A stretch of DNA of 64,000 nucleotides from Rhina ancylostomus (Eukaryota): assembly GCA_030265395.1 (NCBI GenBank), contig JARFYF010000029.1, positions 20,573,101 through 20,637,100 of the forward strand. The letters are read 5' to 3'. The notes beneath the pieces are model-generated. The model made no database searches. It worked only from the letters and a program-made list of their open reading frames with translations, and had not been told where the DNA came from. Shown one piece after another: positions 39,681 to 52,000 of the stretch. Numbering within the stretch: position 1 is the stretch's first letter; each line of letters begins with the position of its first letter. Position numbers and translations under genes: made by a program.

Positions 39681-41029
39681 TGTTATAGAGAAATATGGGA
39701 AAAAATATGGAAATCACCTTTTTGCCCAGCTCCAGGCTGCAGATGAATAGCTCATTGAGCCCTCCATATCTGACCCAGGTATGTTCAGGCAGCAGGCTGA
39801 ATCCAGCTCAATTCAACCCAGTGTTTTTTCAACTTCTGAAACAGTTGGAGGCCATGAAAGGGTCAACAGCTCTCTCCTTTGGCACTGAATTCTTTCATGG
39901 GCATTGATGGTTGAAAGACCTTCAATTTTCAGTTTATATGTGTTTGCTTAATCTCTGATTAAATTCTAAATGGAAAAGTTATCTCTCTTTTTGGTTAATA
40001 AAATGATGTGGATGTGCCTGTCTGCTCTGGTGGACTTTGATGTATCACACTACCCGACCTTCCTTAATAATGAGAACTGGCGATGGATGGTAGGTCAGTG
40101 TGTTGCTGGTAGAATGATGAACACAAATAAGTTTTTTGTAACTTGCTTCTGGTAGTGGGGTGATGCCAAGTAGATTAAGATTGATGAATAATGACGTATT
40201 TGAACTGTGGACTCCTCTTAGAAAAGAGTGAGATTTCATTTCAAACAAAGCTAAACTGAGGGAGGTTGAACTAAATCAAGGAAAATCCACATGTACTGTA
40301 TTGAAATAGGAGCTTTCAAATCAGAAATGTTCCTTTCTGTTGAAGCTGTTTTTGCATTTTTACCTTCAAAATTATATGACTGTATGTATGCAAAATGTAC
40401 TTGTGCATTCCAAAGAGAAAAAGTATATAATTTTAAGATGCAGAATTTCTGGGGAAGAAATCAAGTGACTAGACACCAAAAAGGTGTGGAAAAATGCTCA
40501 AACAATACAACTAATTAAAAGGAACTACTTAAAGAAAAGCCAAGGCAGAAAAGGAATATTATTTTGGAAGAACAAACACTAAATGAACAATGGTACAAAG
40601 GTATTATGTATGGATGCTTTGGATATAAGAGAGTTTAAATAATATAGCTACCAAATTGTATAGTATGCAAATAAATAAGGATTTGTACAACAGACTGAGT
40701 ATGGATTAGTATAACTTTAAAGCTTTGCATCAGATTATTGTAGCCAGTTTACAGAGGTTATTTTCTGTGAAGTGCTTCTAGGGAAAATGGCAATATCATT
40801 GTTATGCCTTAATAGAGGATGCAGCAAGTCTTCAGAGTGTGATCGATACACTTATTGTAACTAACCATGTACACAAGTTACAGAGAGTGGGAAAGTATTT
40901 AAAGTCCCAGATACCAGGACTATGGTGGCTGCTTATTCAGCTGTGACGAGCTGTGGAGTTCATCATCAGCATCTGTCTTCACTCCAGATGAAGAATCTCT
41001 TAGCTTCATTAAACTGACAGTGCATTTGG

Positions 41030-41290
41030 AGTTAGTGTAATTTAGATTCACTAGATTGATCCTTGGGATGAAGGAGTTCTCCCATGAACAGACACTCAGG
41101 AAGATTGTCCTGTATTCAGTGATTAAAAAGAATATGAAGTGAACTCATTGAGACATAGTGGATTCTGAAAGGGATTGACAGGCTGAATGCTGGGAGGCCG
41201 TCACAGGCTGGGGAAACTGGAACTTGAGGACAAAGGCTCGTGGTAAAGGGTTGATTAAAATATTTGTGTGAAGTAAAGGTTTCCTTTCAC
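41030..41290 (+). mobile_element. CR1 fragment
   Basis: agattcactagattgatccttgggatgaagg...aaagggattgacagg ORF2-end remnant. Confidence 0.65.
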
Positions 41291-41855
41291 ATAAAAGGCT
41301 CAGGAGATGTTGTAAATATTGGCATCTTGTCTGTTCCTTTTTCCAGTTTTAATCCATATTGCAACACACTAGTACCAATGCGTTGGCCAATAATAAGTGA
41401 AGAGAGTTTAATGAATCTGTGTAAATGAAAAAGAACTTAACCAACAATTTTCTGAACCTTCAGAGACAACCTGATAAACAAATTATCAGGCCACTTTATG
41501 TATCTTGCATATAGCTAGAGTCTGATTGATTTTATTAGTATGATATTCTGTGAGTTTATTATTGAAGATAATATTTCTGCAGGCACCCTCTTGAGTGATA
41601 ACACACAGGGATAAACTGCATGGAATACAGAGGGCAAGATTATTCTTAATACACTAAAAAGGCAGACAATGGTTAATTACCATGTTCTGGACACCTCAAG
41701 ATAGAAATACTAAAAGTGCTATCTCTTTTAATCAAACAGCAGAAACACAACAAACTGAATAGCNNNNNNNNNNNNNNNNNNNNNNNNNNNNNNNNNNNNN
41801 NNNNNNNNNNNNNNNNNNNNNNNNNNNNNNNNNNNNNAGTTGTTTTGCATTTGGT

Positions 41856-41861
41856 TTTATT
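41856..41861 (-). terminator. Probable polyadenylation signal of the lectin gene
   Basis: AATAAA on the minus strand about 120 nt after the stop codon. Confidence 0.6.
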
Positions 41862-41977
41862 ATTTACTGCTGGCTTAAATCATTACAATCACCTTAAACA
41901 CTCTATCACTCCAAGGTAATTCAAAATAATGAACCCATTTTGAAAGGCCTGCCAAGTATCATCATATTTTGTTGACT

Positions 41978-42051
41978 TTAGGCGAGTTTGTAGGTGCAAA
42001 TGAAAGGTAGATCTTCTGAACAGTCTGTATCACTCCATCTGCCTTTGGTAT
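41978..42051 (-). CDS. Terminal C-type lectin exon: (D)TKGRWSDTDCSEDLPFICTYKLA*
   Basis: Acceptor ttttttttattccag, phase-1 join. W-S-D-x-x-C and F-I-C motifs, stop TAA at 41980-41978. Confidence 0.95.
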
Positions 42052-43728
42052 CTGGAATAAAAAAAACTATGGCTGAGCTACAATAATCTTACAGATTGTT
42101 ATTCACCATTGGATCATACTGATGTGTGAAATGGTTTGATTTGTTTTCCCTCTATTTCATAGTGTGCTTGAGCATTAGTTTATGCTTTACATTCAGATCA
42201 AAGATTCCCATTTCCCAACAGAGCCCTTCAACATAAACAAAAACTTCCCTTCATCACAGGAAGAAAACGTGTCCATGATTTATAGGTCATTTTAGCAGTG
42301 CAATAAATGAGCCCTGTCTATGGGAAGGGAAGATTACTGGTCTGACAACAAATGTGGCCAAGAATAGAATCTTGTGAATACTTTGAAACAGGCTGGAGTA
42401 TATTTTACAGAAAGTATGACCATTGTTGTAGACACAAAGTGACTATTCCAGGAAAACATTTATTTAGTTGGAGATATATTTAATTGTTGCTGATTGAAAG
42501 GCGATAGAAAATGAGGCTTAGGAAAGTAGTCTTCTGATCCAGGCTCCATCTGGCAATCAGAGTCTGTACTGCCACACTGCCCCTGCCAAACCCCTGTGTG
42601 ATAGGACAACACCCCTAATTCAGAGAAGATAGCACTATCCCCCTTTCCCACCTCCAGCCAATCAGGACTGGTTATGTTACAACTATAAACAGTGCCACCC
42701 AGAATCTGGGCCTTGAAATGCCCTTGTTGCACATCCCCCATGATGCAGAATCCCATCTCCTGATCTCTCACACCCACAAGACATCATCCACCCTCTCAGG
42801 CTTTGATTTCCATCGTATCACTCAGGTTGCTTGTGCCTGAGAACCACAGTAAGAGGAGCTTTGCTGTCAAATTCTCCAAAGAAATATGTTCTTTTGGAAT
42901 ACATTCTTCATTTTCTGTCACTGCAAATGCTGCCTGATCAGCCAAGCATTTCCAGAATTTTCTGGTTTAATTTCCATTTTCCAGCAGCTATATGATCTTG
43001 CCTACAAGAAGCAGCCAGCTCAAACTTCCAAAATCCCTGTGTTCATGTAGATGACTCTGTCTAGTACCCACCCTAATCCTGAACATCTATCTTTAGATAT
43101 GGTCAGATCTGTTGACATATGCTTATGACCTAGAGGTCAGCAGTATGTTTTCTTTTGTCAGCTTGGCAACATTGACAGAAGGAAAATGCACTCTCCACAT
43201 CTTGTAACTTCAATATACAAGTCTGAGTCAGTTATTTATGTTTCAGCACAGGTTGAACTGGTATGAACCATATGGCCATCTTTTGTTTACTTAAGTTTTA
43301 TGAATCCTCAACTGATCCTACTGTTCATGTCAAAGGATCAAACTTTGATGTTATTGTGCTGTTTCTCGGACTAATGAAGATTCACTGCAAAGTAGTACCA
43401 GTCCCAAGCTATGCCTATAGATAAGCTGACAGGTGTATTCTGAATGAGGAATCTATAACATAGCACACTTGCATCAAAACTACTGAGGAGGTCTTTAGTA
43501 ATTTTCTTTGTGAATATTCCTCTGTCTATTTTGGACAAGATACTACCTCCGTTCCCAATGGACAAACTGTCAACCCATACAACACAGCTGCTTCTGAGTC
43601 TTTCTCACTCCATTGTCGCACATGGAAAGTTACTTTATTGCTTTAGTTTATCAGTCAGGTTCTCTAGTGTATCTGGAATTAGTTTGGATGAAAGTGCCTT
43701 TGAAATGCAGTCTAAAATGGTAACCTAC

Positions 43729-43840
43729 CTCCAGAATTAAAGCTCACACAGTTCTCATTTTCTTTTACATTGTCAGGCTGGTCATTGTTCCATTTTGTAA
43801 AATCTAGCATAGATCCATCACTCCACAGAAAAATACCCTC
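43729..43840 (-). CDS. C-type lectin domain exon: EGIFLWSDGSMLDFTKWNNDQPDNVKENENCVSFNSG
   Basis: Acceptor ttttttcacatag, 112 nt, donor gtaggt (phase 1). Contains WSDGS, W-x3-QPD-N and E-N-C-V motifs. Confidence 0.95.
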
Positions 43841-44022
43841 CTATGTGAAAAAATATATCATTATTTGCATGTCCCTATTTTTGTGAAAAACATGCAATGT
43901 GAACTGTCTATTTTCAAATGGATGATAACCTTTAATAAAAGCATAGCATTTACTATGAATATTTTAAGAGGCTTTGTGATAACACAGTAATATTAGGGCT
44001 ATAAGAAGCAAGGGAACTCTAC

Positions 44023-44163
44023 CTCATAGCAGTCACTAAGGCCAATCCAAGTGGTGGGTTGTGATGGGTCCTGTGCCTTAATCAGACTTTGAATGAATTG
44101 ATTGTGTTCATTCCAGTGGATGGAGGCAAGGTGGCCATTTGGCACATATTGCCGGCACTGTAG
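44023..44163 (-). CDS. C-type lectin domain exon: LQCRQYVPNGHLASIHWNEHNQFIQSLIKAQDPSQPTTWIGLSDCYE
   Basis: Acceptor ttttcttttccatgtag, 141 nt open frame, donor gtagag. Contains the HLASI and WIGL CTLD motifs. Not in the ORF track. Confidence 0.95.
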
Positions 44164-47029
44164 CTACATGGAAAAGAAAACATTTTCAGGAGTTTTTCTT
44201 TTTCCCCCAATTATCAAGCTCAGTTCTGTGCCTTGTTCTGTAATCAGTTTTTCACTGAAGAAGATTCCAGAGATTGCCAATCCAGAAATACTGCCCATTG
44301 AAAAAAAGCACATCATAGATTTTAACAAATTACAGTTATGATGTATGAAAAGCAACTCACAAATTAACCATAAAAAGCAAAGGGAAATACTGAAATATTT
44401 TGTCTTGAAGTTGGATTGCACCTTTCCTGGTCACTTGCTCTAAATTAGATCCCCCAAAGAGATCATCAAATTGGTTAAGAACAAATGTGTGTTAATGTGG
44501 TTTCCACTTCAGAAATTGCCATGACTTGCAACGTGCACGGATCCCAATGGGAAAAGCATTGCTGTAACACTGTTTCCACCATCTTGTGGACAACACTCAG
44601 GGGGTGGTGGGGTGGGCTGGAATCATCAGTCCATAAATCTCAAGAATAGCCAGACACTAATTGCACATAGACTTTCAAGGAGGAGAGGAAGATTGCAAAG
44701 AAGGGAGTTTCCACCATGTGTGTTTCTGTCCATCCTCCCAGGTTGCCTGCTGCATCTAGCCCCACATTTTGTTTTACCTCTGAGTGATTATTGAGTCCAG
44801 CACATTATTTTCTCATTAATTTGTGCACAGATCTTGGGACAATATTAGTCATGCTGATGTTACCTGAAGTGCCCAATCTAATTTTGTGATTGCTGCAATT
44901 TTGTTGAAAACGATTGCTAATCTGATTCACTCCAGGTAACAGCAATTTTGGAAAATGTAGCACTGGAAAAAAAAACATCCAATTTCTTGCTGTTACACTC
45001 TTAACATTTTAAACTTGCCCAACTTCCGTTCTTCTGAAAAGCTTTCAAGCACCAGATTCTTTGTCACTGGTACTGGACAGAATCTTAAGGAAAATGCAGA
45101 GGAGTAAGGCTTTACTGTCCATCTAAAGAAAACTGTGATTCATAACAATGTATCAGTGCTTAAATGAAACCAGAATTTTTGATATCTCTAGTGCCAACCC
45201 AATATCATTCCAAATTCAGCCACTCTTAAAGAATTTCCTAATTTTAGGGTTTTTTTTTCCATCACTTTGAATCTGTGCTTCATTATTATAATGTCAACAT
45301 TCATCTTGAGCCAATGATATGGTTTTATCTTTTTCATACAATTTTGATATATTTTTTGCCTTTCATTAACTCCCATTCATAGTTGAGGAATGGAAGTTTC
45401 TCAATCTTACGAGATGATTTGGTCTATAAATGCCAGGCACCAGATAGTTACTCTTCTTGGTCCTACATCTCCTTTCAGTCTTGGAGATCTGAATTGGATA
45501 CATCACTGAAATTACAGACAGACTTTCTCCACGATATCATCCAGTCTAATAATCAACACTGTAACTTCAAGGTTTACAGCAAATAGCATCAATATAGAAA
45601 GTAGTAAGCACAAGGAAATTCAGAACTATAGTTTCAGAACTTACAACTGTTGTCAGTACCAATGCTGAGACCTCCCAGCCTTCAAATATATTATCTTGAT
45701 TATCTTTATTATTTATTAATTGATTTTGTTTTTGGTCATTCTCAGTGGTAATTGATTGAAGGGCATGCTATTATCTCTTTGAATATAACATTGCATTTAA
45801 CACTAGTGAGAAGAGAGAAATGCAGGGAAAAGCAGCTTTGTGATCATCAAAAGGAAATTATGCAGCAGCAGCAAATTCATGCAGGTGTGGAGTTAATTTT
45901 CAGTCAGCCACTGGAACTGACGCTTTCCTCAAACCTTTGTATTAAATGCTTATACCTTCCAGGGCTTCTAAGACCTTTCAGTCTGTTTCCTCAATGTCTG
46001 TGAGCCCAGAGAACCAATGGTTAGCATCAGTGGCTATCAGGCATGATAACCAAAAGTCCTGCTGCCCCTACTAAGTTGTCCATCGGTATCCTCCTTGGAA
46101 ACCTCATTGATTAGCTTTAGGCCATTTTGCAAACACATGCTGGAAACAACCCTTTCTGGAACATTGGCTTCAGTTAAACAACTGCCACCTCAGTTCTAAG
46201 GTCCCAGTCATACTCATCTTCTGGCATCATACTGGAGTAAAATAGTGGGATCATATGGTCTTGGCTATGAATGCAGTAATCAAGGAGGAAGAGGAAGTAG
46301 TTCTGAGAGTATTTCTGGAGAATATAGTTGGAGATTTCTGTTGAAGTTTCTGATGTCTTCCCCTACTGTGAAGAATGAACAACTTCCCAAAAGGGTCAGA
46401 GATTTCTTGACCAGAGGAGTAGAGCTCAGTATTGAGTGATTAGGAGAAGCAAACCATTAAAAACAAATCTAACTGTGTACTGTGAGTCCAATTTATTGAA
46501 ATCAATTGTTGATAATCATGAGCTGCTGTCAACAAGTTCTCCTGAATGACCTCATCTTCCTCCTCATGTTTTCAAGGTAGCCTGAAGCTGGTTTGCTGTT
46601 GTGCTGGTACTGATGAGGGCCGCAAAGGGGGAACTACTGGGTGTGATCAAATGATGAAGGGTCTACCCTATTTTCTTCATCTTCACCCAGATGGGCAAAC
46701 CCCTTCTGAATGGTACTGATAAAAAAACATAGCATTAATTCAGCATTTCATAAGAATTCAGCATTCAAGGCATCTGAAAGGGACCTTAAAATCCAAATTT
46801 TTGCAGTATTAGAATATGGAGAGTTCAAAAGAGGTCATGATACTCATTCTCTGTTACTGATTTTGGGTGAGTAATATTAGCTGGATTAGGAAATGAAAGA
46901 TCTTTGACCTGAAAAGTTAACACTATTTCTCTTTCCATGGATGTTGCCTGACCTGCTGTTTGCAGTATTTTGTTTTTTTTAATTTCAGGTAGCCAGCATC
47001 TGTAGTGTTTAATTTTCAATTACTGCAGA

Positions 47030-47740
47030 ATATATCCTCCAACCATTAATTCTCTGACTTAAGACTGCGGGTATTGCAGATTACATTGTATGTGAAGTCT
47101 ATCTGAACTATTCCTTATTGGATGGTGTCCAGCAGATTACTCGATGTAACTGAGGGTAGCTGAGGCCACCTGAGGCCCAGGAACACCAAGTCTTTGCCCA
47201 GCTTCTAGGAGAGCTCCACAGCATGTCTTGTGGAAGCATCGTCTTGTCTTTGATTAGGATTAGAAGGTTATTTTTGCCTAGATTTCTGGGTCAGTCTGTT
47301 GCCTCCTCCTCTGAAAAGAGTAAGAAAGCAGCTCTGTAGTTTCGGACTGTGTTAGATGGATGTTAGGTATTGTAGACTAAATACTGTGATCACTTTCAGG
47401 GGTCGGAGTGGAATCTTCGACTTGTTACAAAAATCATCTAAAGTTTTTCTCACTATTTTCTTTCATTTTTTCTAGCATCTTCAAGGAAATTCTGGGTGGT
47501 GGATGAAGGGGAAATACGTACAGAAGTTATATCATAAACTTGGGGTTTATGGGCCCAGGATATTAAGGTGATGACACCTCCAAATTTTAACACCTTTCAG
47601 ACAGCCTCAGGTGGCCTCAGCTACATCAAGTAATCTGGCTGGACATCATCTGATAAGGAATAGTTCAGATAGACTTTAGATCAAATGTAATCCGCAATAC
47701 CTGTGATCTTAAGTTGGAGAATTAATGATTGGAACATATC
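47030..47740. mobile_element. Non-autonomous DNA-transposon-like element with ~140-bp terminal inverted repeats
   Basis: 47030-47176 and 47604-47740 are reverse complements (aagtctatctgaactattccttat / ataaggaatagttcagatagactt; gctgaggccacctgaggc / gcctcaggtggcctcagc). Confidence 0.8.
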
Positions 47741-48329
47741 CATGTAGCACTTTGTTTTCTTACATTCAGATGCAACTTGACTTGCATGGTTATTGGGTAC
47801 TATTGGGTTGAAGAGTGAAGCCCCCATGGTTGAATAGGTTGCTCATACACAACAAATGGCACAGAGTAGGTAAGGCTTTTGAAATGATTATGTTTTATGA
47901 CTTTGAGAAAGGGCAGAGATGGCAGGGGAAATTACAATAATACTGTGAATCCAATAGTTCAGTACCTTTTTTTGTGGCATTAATTAACTGAAATGAATCA
48001 AGCTGGAAACAAACCAGGACTTTGAGTGAACCTTTCACCATTCTAATTCTTCTCTGTTCATAGTAATGCTAATTTTGTGGGAGAAATTGTAAACCAAAAT
48101 AAAAAAGGTTAAAATTAACCTCTAATATGAGAACTTACCAAGATGTCAATGGCATGTTGATACCTATCATACCAGCNNNNNNNNNNNNNNNNNNNNNNNN
48201 NNNNNNNNNNNNNNNNNNNNNNNNNNNNNNNNNNNNNNNNNNNNNNNNNNNNNNNNNNNNNNNNNNNNNNNNNNNNTCAATGAAATTTGGGACAATTTAT
48301 ATCCATTAAAATTGTCAAACATCAACAGA

Positions 48330-49020
48330 AACCAGAAACTCAAACAGACCACCTTGTAGCGTCTGCATCTACCTGAGCAAATCAGACACCGGGGAATTCA
48401 TAAATGAGCGGCTCACATCCTAATGCTTCCCAAGGATTTTCTAATATGAGTATGCCACAAGTCAGATGTGTGATGGAATATCTTTCACTTTTCCGAATGG
48501 AAGCAACTGAGAAAACTCAACACCTTTCTGGACAAGGCATCTATGTGATCATGTTCAGCCTGTAAATCTGTTCCTTCCAACGTTGCTGAAAAGTAACTAT
48601 TGTCAGTAAGATGGAGAGTCCATCCTAAAAAAAAAGGCAGTGTTTCCATTATAGGATTGGGTCAGCAGTCCATTCAAGCATAAGGTGGAGAGTCCATTCT
48701 GTTTTATGGCAGACATTCCATTCTAGGATATGGTGGAGGTTCCAGTGTAAGATAGAGCAGAGAGTTCATCCTAGGCAGAGGATGACCTTCAAACCCTTAA
48801 CTTTTAATATCCAACAAGGACAAGAAAAACTGACACAGGGGAGGATGGTCACTTTCAAATTCCCATCAGTGTCACATACCTTTCTTATTTGGTGACTGTT
48901 GTCATTGTTTCATTGTCAATGGGTCAAAACTCCAGAACTCTCTACTTATAAATGCAAGTACCCTCACTACAAAGATTGAAGTTGGTATAAAAGGCATACT
49001 TCCTTTGTAATGAGAGCAAT
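48330..49020 (+). mobile_element. CR1-group LINE 3' fragment interrupted by the repeat relic
   Basis: cacaagtcagatgtgtgatggaatatc before 48600 and ccttcaaaccc...gggtcaaaactccagaactc after 48785 are successive parts of one LINE tail. Confidence 0.7.
48600..48785 (-). pseudogene. Intronic decayed copy of the octapeptide repeat
   Basis: Minus strand reads PRMNSLL-YLTLEPPP-YPRMECLP-*NRMDSPP-YA*MDC*P-NPIMETLP, matching exon units such as YPRMDPPM and YTGMDSPP but with stops and a frameshift. Confidence 0.8.
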
Positions 49021-49087
49021 ATCAGCACAATATCCCAAAAATCATCACATTAAACAAAAGGAAAATATCAGGATTATTTTGCCTTAC

Positions 49088-52000
49088 CTCAGCTTCTAAC
49101 CAGGTTACCTTCATCTTAGTGAAGAATTGATAACAAGATGACAGATAGATGTAATGAGTCCATCCAGGTAGACAGGATTGTTTGTATTGCTGGACTGGTG
49201 TTTCTGAATGAGATGCAACCTTTATACTGAGATTAGGATAAGAGTCATCCAGTTTTTGTTTCATAGCAGAAAAACGTGGATATGCTTTTTCATGGTATAA
49301 TGGAGCTGCCACTTCAGGGTGAGTTGGGGATAATGCTTCAGGGTTGAGTGGATGTTTAGTTTCAGGATGTGATCCAACTTCAGGATAAGATGGAAGTTTA
49401 CCTTTAGAGTAAGCTGGAGGTTCTATTTTGGTATGCAGTGGATGTTCCAATCCAGGATTAGGTGGTGAGTCCATTCCAGTATATGGGAAGGGTTCCATTT
49501 TAGGATGCAGCAAAAGTTCCATTTTTGGATACATTGGAGGATCCATCCTAGGATAACCTGGATGTTCCATTTTGGAATATGGTTTATGTTCCACATTAAG
49601 ATGAAGGGATGATGATATTCTTTTAGGATCAGGGATAAGTACCACTTCAGAATAAAGCTGTGATACCCCATCAGGATTGGGCAGAGCTGTCCCCTTGAGA
49701 TTCAGCTGAGGGGGTATTTCAGGGTTTAGCTGATATATCATTGCAGAATTGGTTGGATACGTCATTTCAAACTGAGGGTGAGATGCTACTTCTGGATTAG
49801 GTGGAGACACCACTTCCAAGTAAGAAGGAGATTCCATTTCAAGATTTTCCAAATGTGCCATGTTAGCAGAAGATGGGGATTCTGCTTCTGGAGAAAATTG
49901 AGATACCACTTCAGGGTAAGGTGCTGACAGTATCTTAGAATAAGACCGAGGAACTGCTTCAGGATTAGTTAAAAGTGCTGGTTCAGCAGAAGGCACTTTT
50001 GAAGGAAAAGTTGGAGACATTACTTCAGGAACTGGCTGTGTTCCCACTTCAAGGTCAGATGAAGACATTTCTTGGGGATGAGGTGGAGACATCACTTCCG
50101 CATAAGGTGGCGGCATCACTTCGGGATAAGGTACGGAAATCAGTTCAGAAAGAGATGGAGGTATCACTTCATTAGTACTCAGAGCCACTCCAGCAGGCAA
50201 AGTTGAAGACATCACTTTAAGTGAAGGTGGAAGGACTATTTCAGGTGANNNNNNNNNNACAGAGATACCAGATTGATTGATGGCAGAGGTGCTACTTTAG
50301 GTGATAGTGGAAGAGAAACATTGAGTGAAGATGGAGGTGATCCCAGAGGTGCCACTTCAGAGGTAGGGGGAGATACTGCATCTGGTGACGATGGAGGTGC
50401 CACCTCAGGTAATTGTGGAGATGACACTTTAGGTGTTGTTGAAGATTCCCCGTCAGGCAAATGTGGAGGTGGCACCTCAGGTGATAATGGAGATGCTCCT
50501 TCAACAGATGATGGAAGTGTCACCTCGGGAACTGGTGGAGGAGGCACTTCAGAAGAAGACAGAGGTGCCACTTCGGATGGTGGTGGAGGCGCCACTGTAG
50601 GAGAAGGCAGAATTGTTGCCTCAGGAGAATGAAGAGGAATCATTTTAGGATCAAGGAGAGGTAATTCAAATGAGGGAGGAGATGCTATCTCAGTTACTGT
50701 CAGAGATGCCATTTGAGATGAGGGTGGAGTTCCTACCAAAGGTACTGGTGCTAGTTGGGGATGCACTAATTCTGGTATTATTTCAGGATCAGCCAGAGAT
50801 TTAATGTCACCAGATGTCACTTCAGGTGCTGACGGAGGTGGTACATTGAGTGAAGGTGGGGATGGCAATTCCAGTGTAGGTGTCACAGTGAGTGAAGGTG
50901 GAGGAGCTGCTGCTACAGGTGAAGGTGGAGGAGCTGCTGCTACAGGTGAAGGTGGTACATTGAGTAAAGGTGGAGAGGCTGATTCAGCCGAAGGAGATGT
51001 CCCATTAGATAATGGCAACATTGCTACTTCAGGTGCAGGTAGAAGTGGTGCATTGGGTGAGGATGGCAGTGGTATTCTAGGTGAGGAAGGTGGTGGCACT
51101 CCAGGTGTAGATGGAGATGGCATTTCAGATGAAGGTGGAGATGGCAGTTTAAGTGGAGGTGACGTTTTGGGTGAAGATGGAGATGATGCTACATTGGGTG
51201 AACTTGGAGCTGGTACTTCAGGTGAAGATGCAGGTGAAAAATTGGGTGAAGATGGAGGAGGCACTTCAGGTGAAGATGGAGAAGGCACTTCGCGTGATGA
51301 CAGAGGGGGCACTTCAGGTGAATATGGAGGGGGCACTTCAGGTGATGATGGAGGGGGCAGTTTGGATGATGATGGAGGGGGTGATGCAGGTGATGATGGA
51401 GGGGCCGGTTCGGGTGACAATGGAGGGGGTACTTCAGGTGGTGATGAAGGGGGTGGTGGGGGTGGTGATGGAGGGGGCAATGCGAGTTGTGATTGGGNNN
51501 NNNNNNNNNNNNNNNNNNNNNNNNNNNNNNNNNNNNNNNNNNNNNNNNNNNNNNNNNNNNNNNNNNNNNNNNNNNNNNNNNNNNNNNNNNNNNNNNNTAA
51601 TGTACGGGGCACTTCAGCTGATAGAGAGGGTGCTCCAGATGATGGAGGGGGCATTTCTGCTGATGACGAAGGGGGCACTTCACATGATGATAGAGGAGGC
51701 ACTTCAGATGGTGATGGAGGGGGTATATCAGCTGATGACGGAGGGGCCAGTTTGGGTGGTGATGGGGGGGCCGGTTGAGGTGGTGATGGAGGGGCTGGTT
51801 TAGATGATGACAGAGGGGCCGGTTCGGGTGACGACGGAGGGGCTGGTTCAGGTGGTGATGGAGGGGCTGGTCTGGGTAGTGATGGAGGGGCCAGTGCTGG
51901 TGGTGACGGAGGGGCTGGTCCAGGTGGTGACAGAGGGGCCGGTCCGGGTGGTGACAGAGGGGCCGGTTTAGGTGCTGGTGCCACTTTAGGGAAAGCCTGA

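Noticed and set aside
50236-50258. Apparent frameshift/stop splitting the giant exon (pseudogene or two genes)
   Set aside because: The frame change falls exactly in a 10-N gap; a true gap length of 2 mod 3 restores one ORF, and the repeat continues on both sides.
50273-51803. Gly/Asp-rich and Met/Val-rich + strand ORFs (50273..50632, 50804..51778, 51153..51803) and His/Cys-rich minus ORFs
   Set aside because: Antisense or alternative-frame shadows of the 24-bp proline repeat; no independent splice or start evidence.
51200-51980. Regularly spaced repeats resembling a CRISPR array
   Set aside because: Tandem coding units without unique spacers, in a eukaryotic exon with no cas genes.
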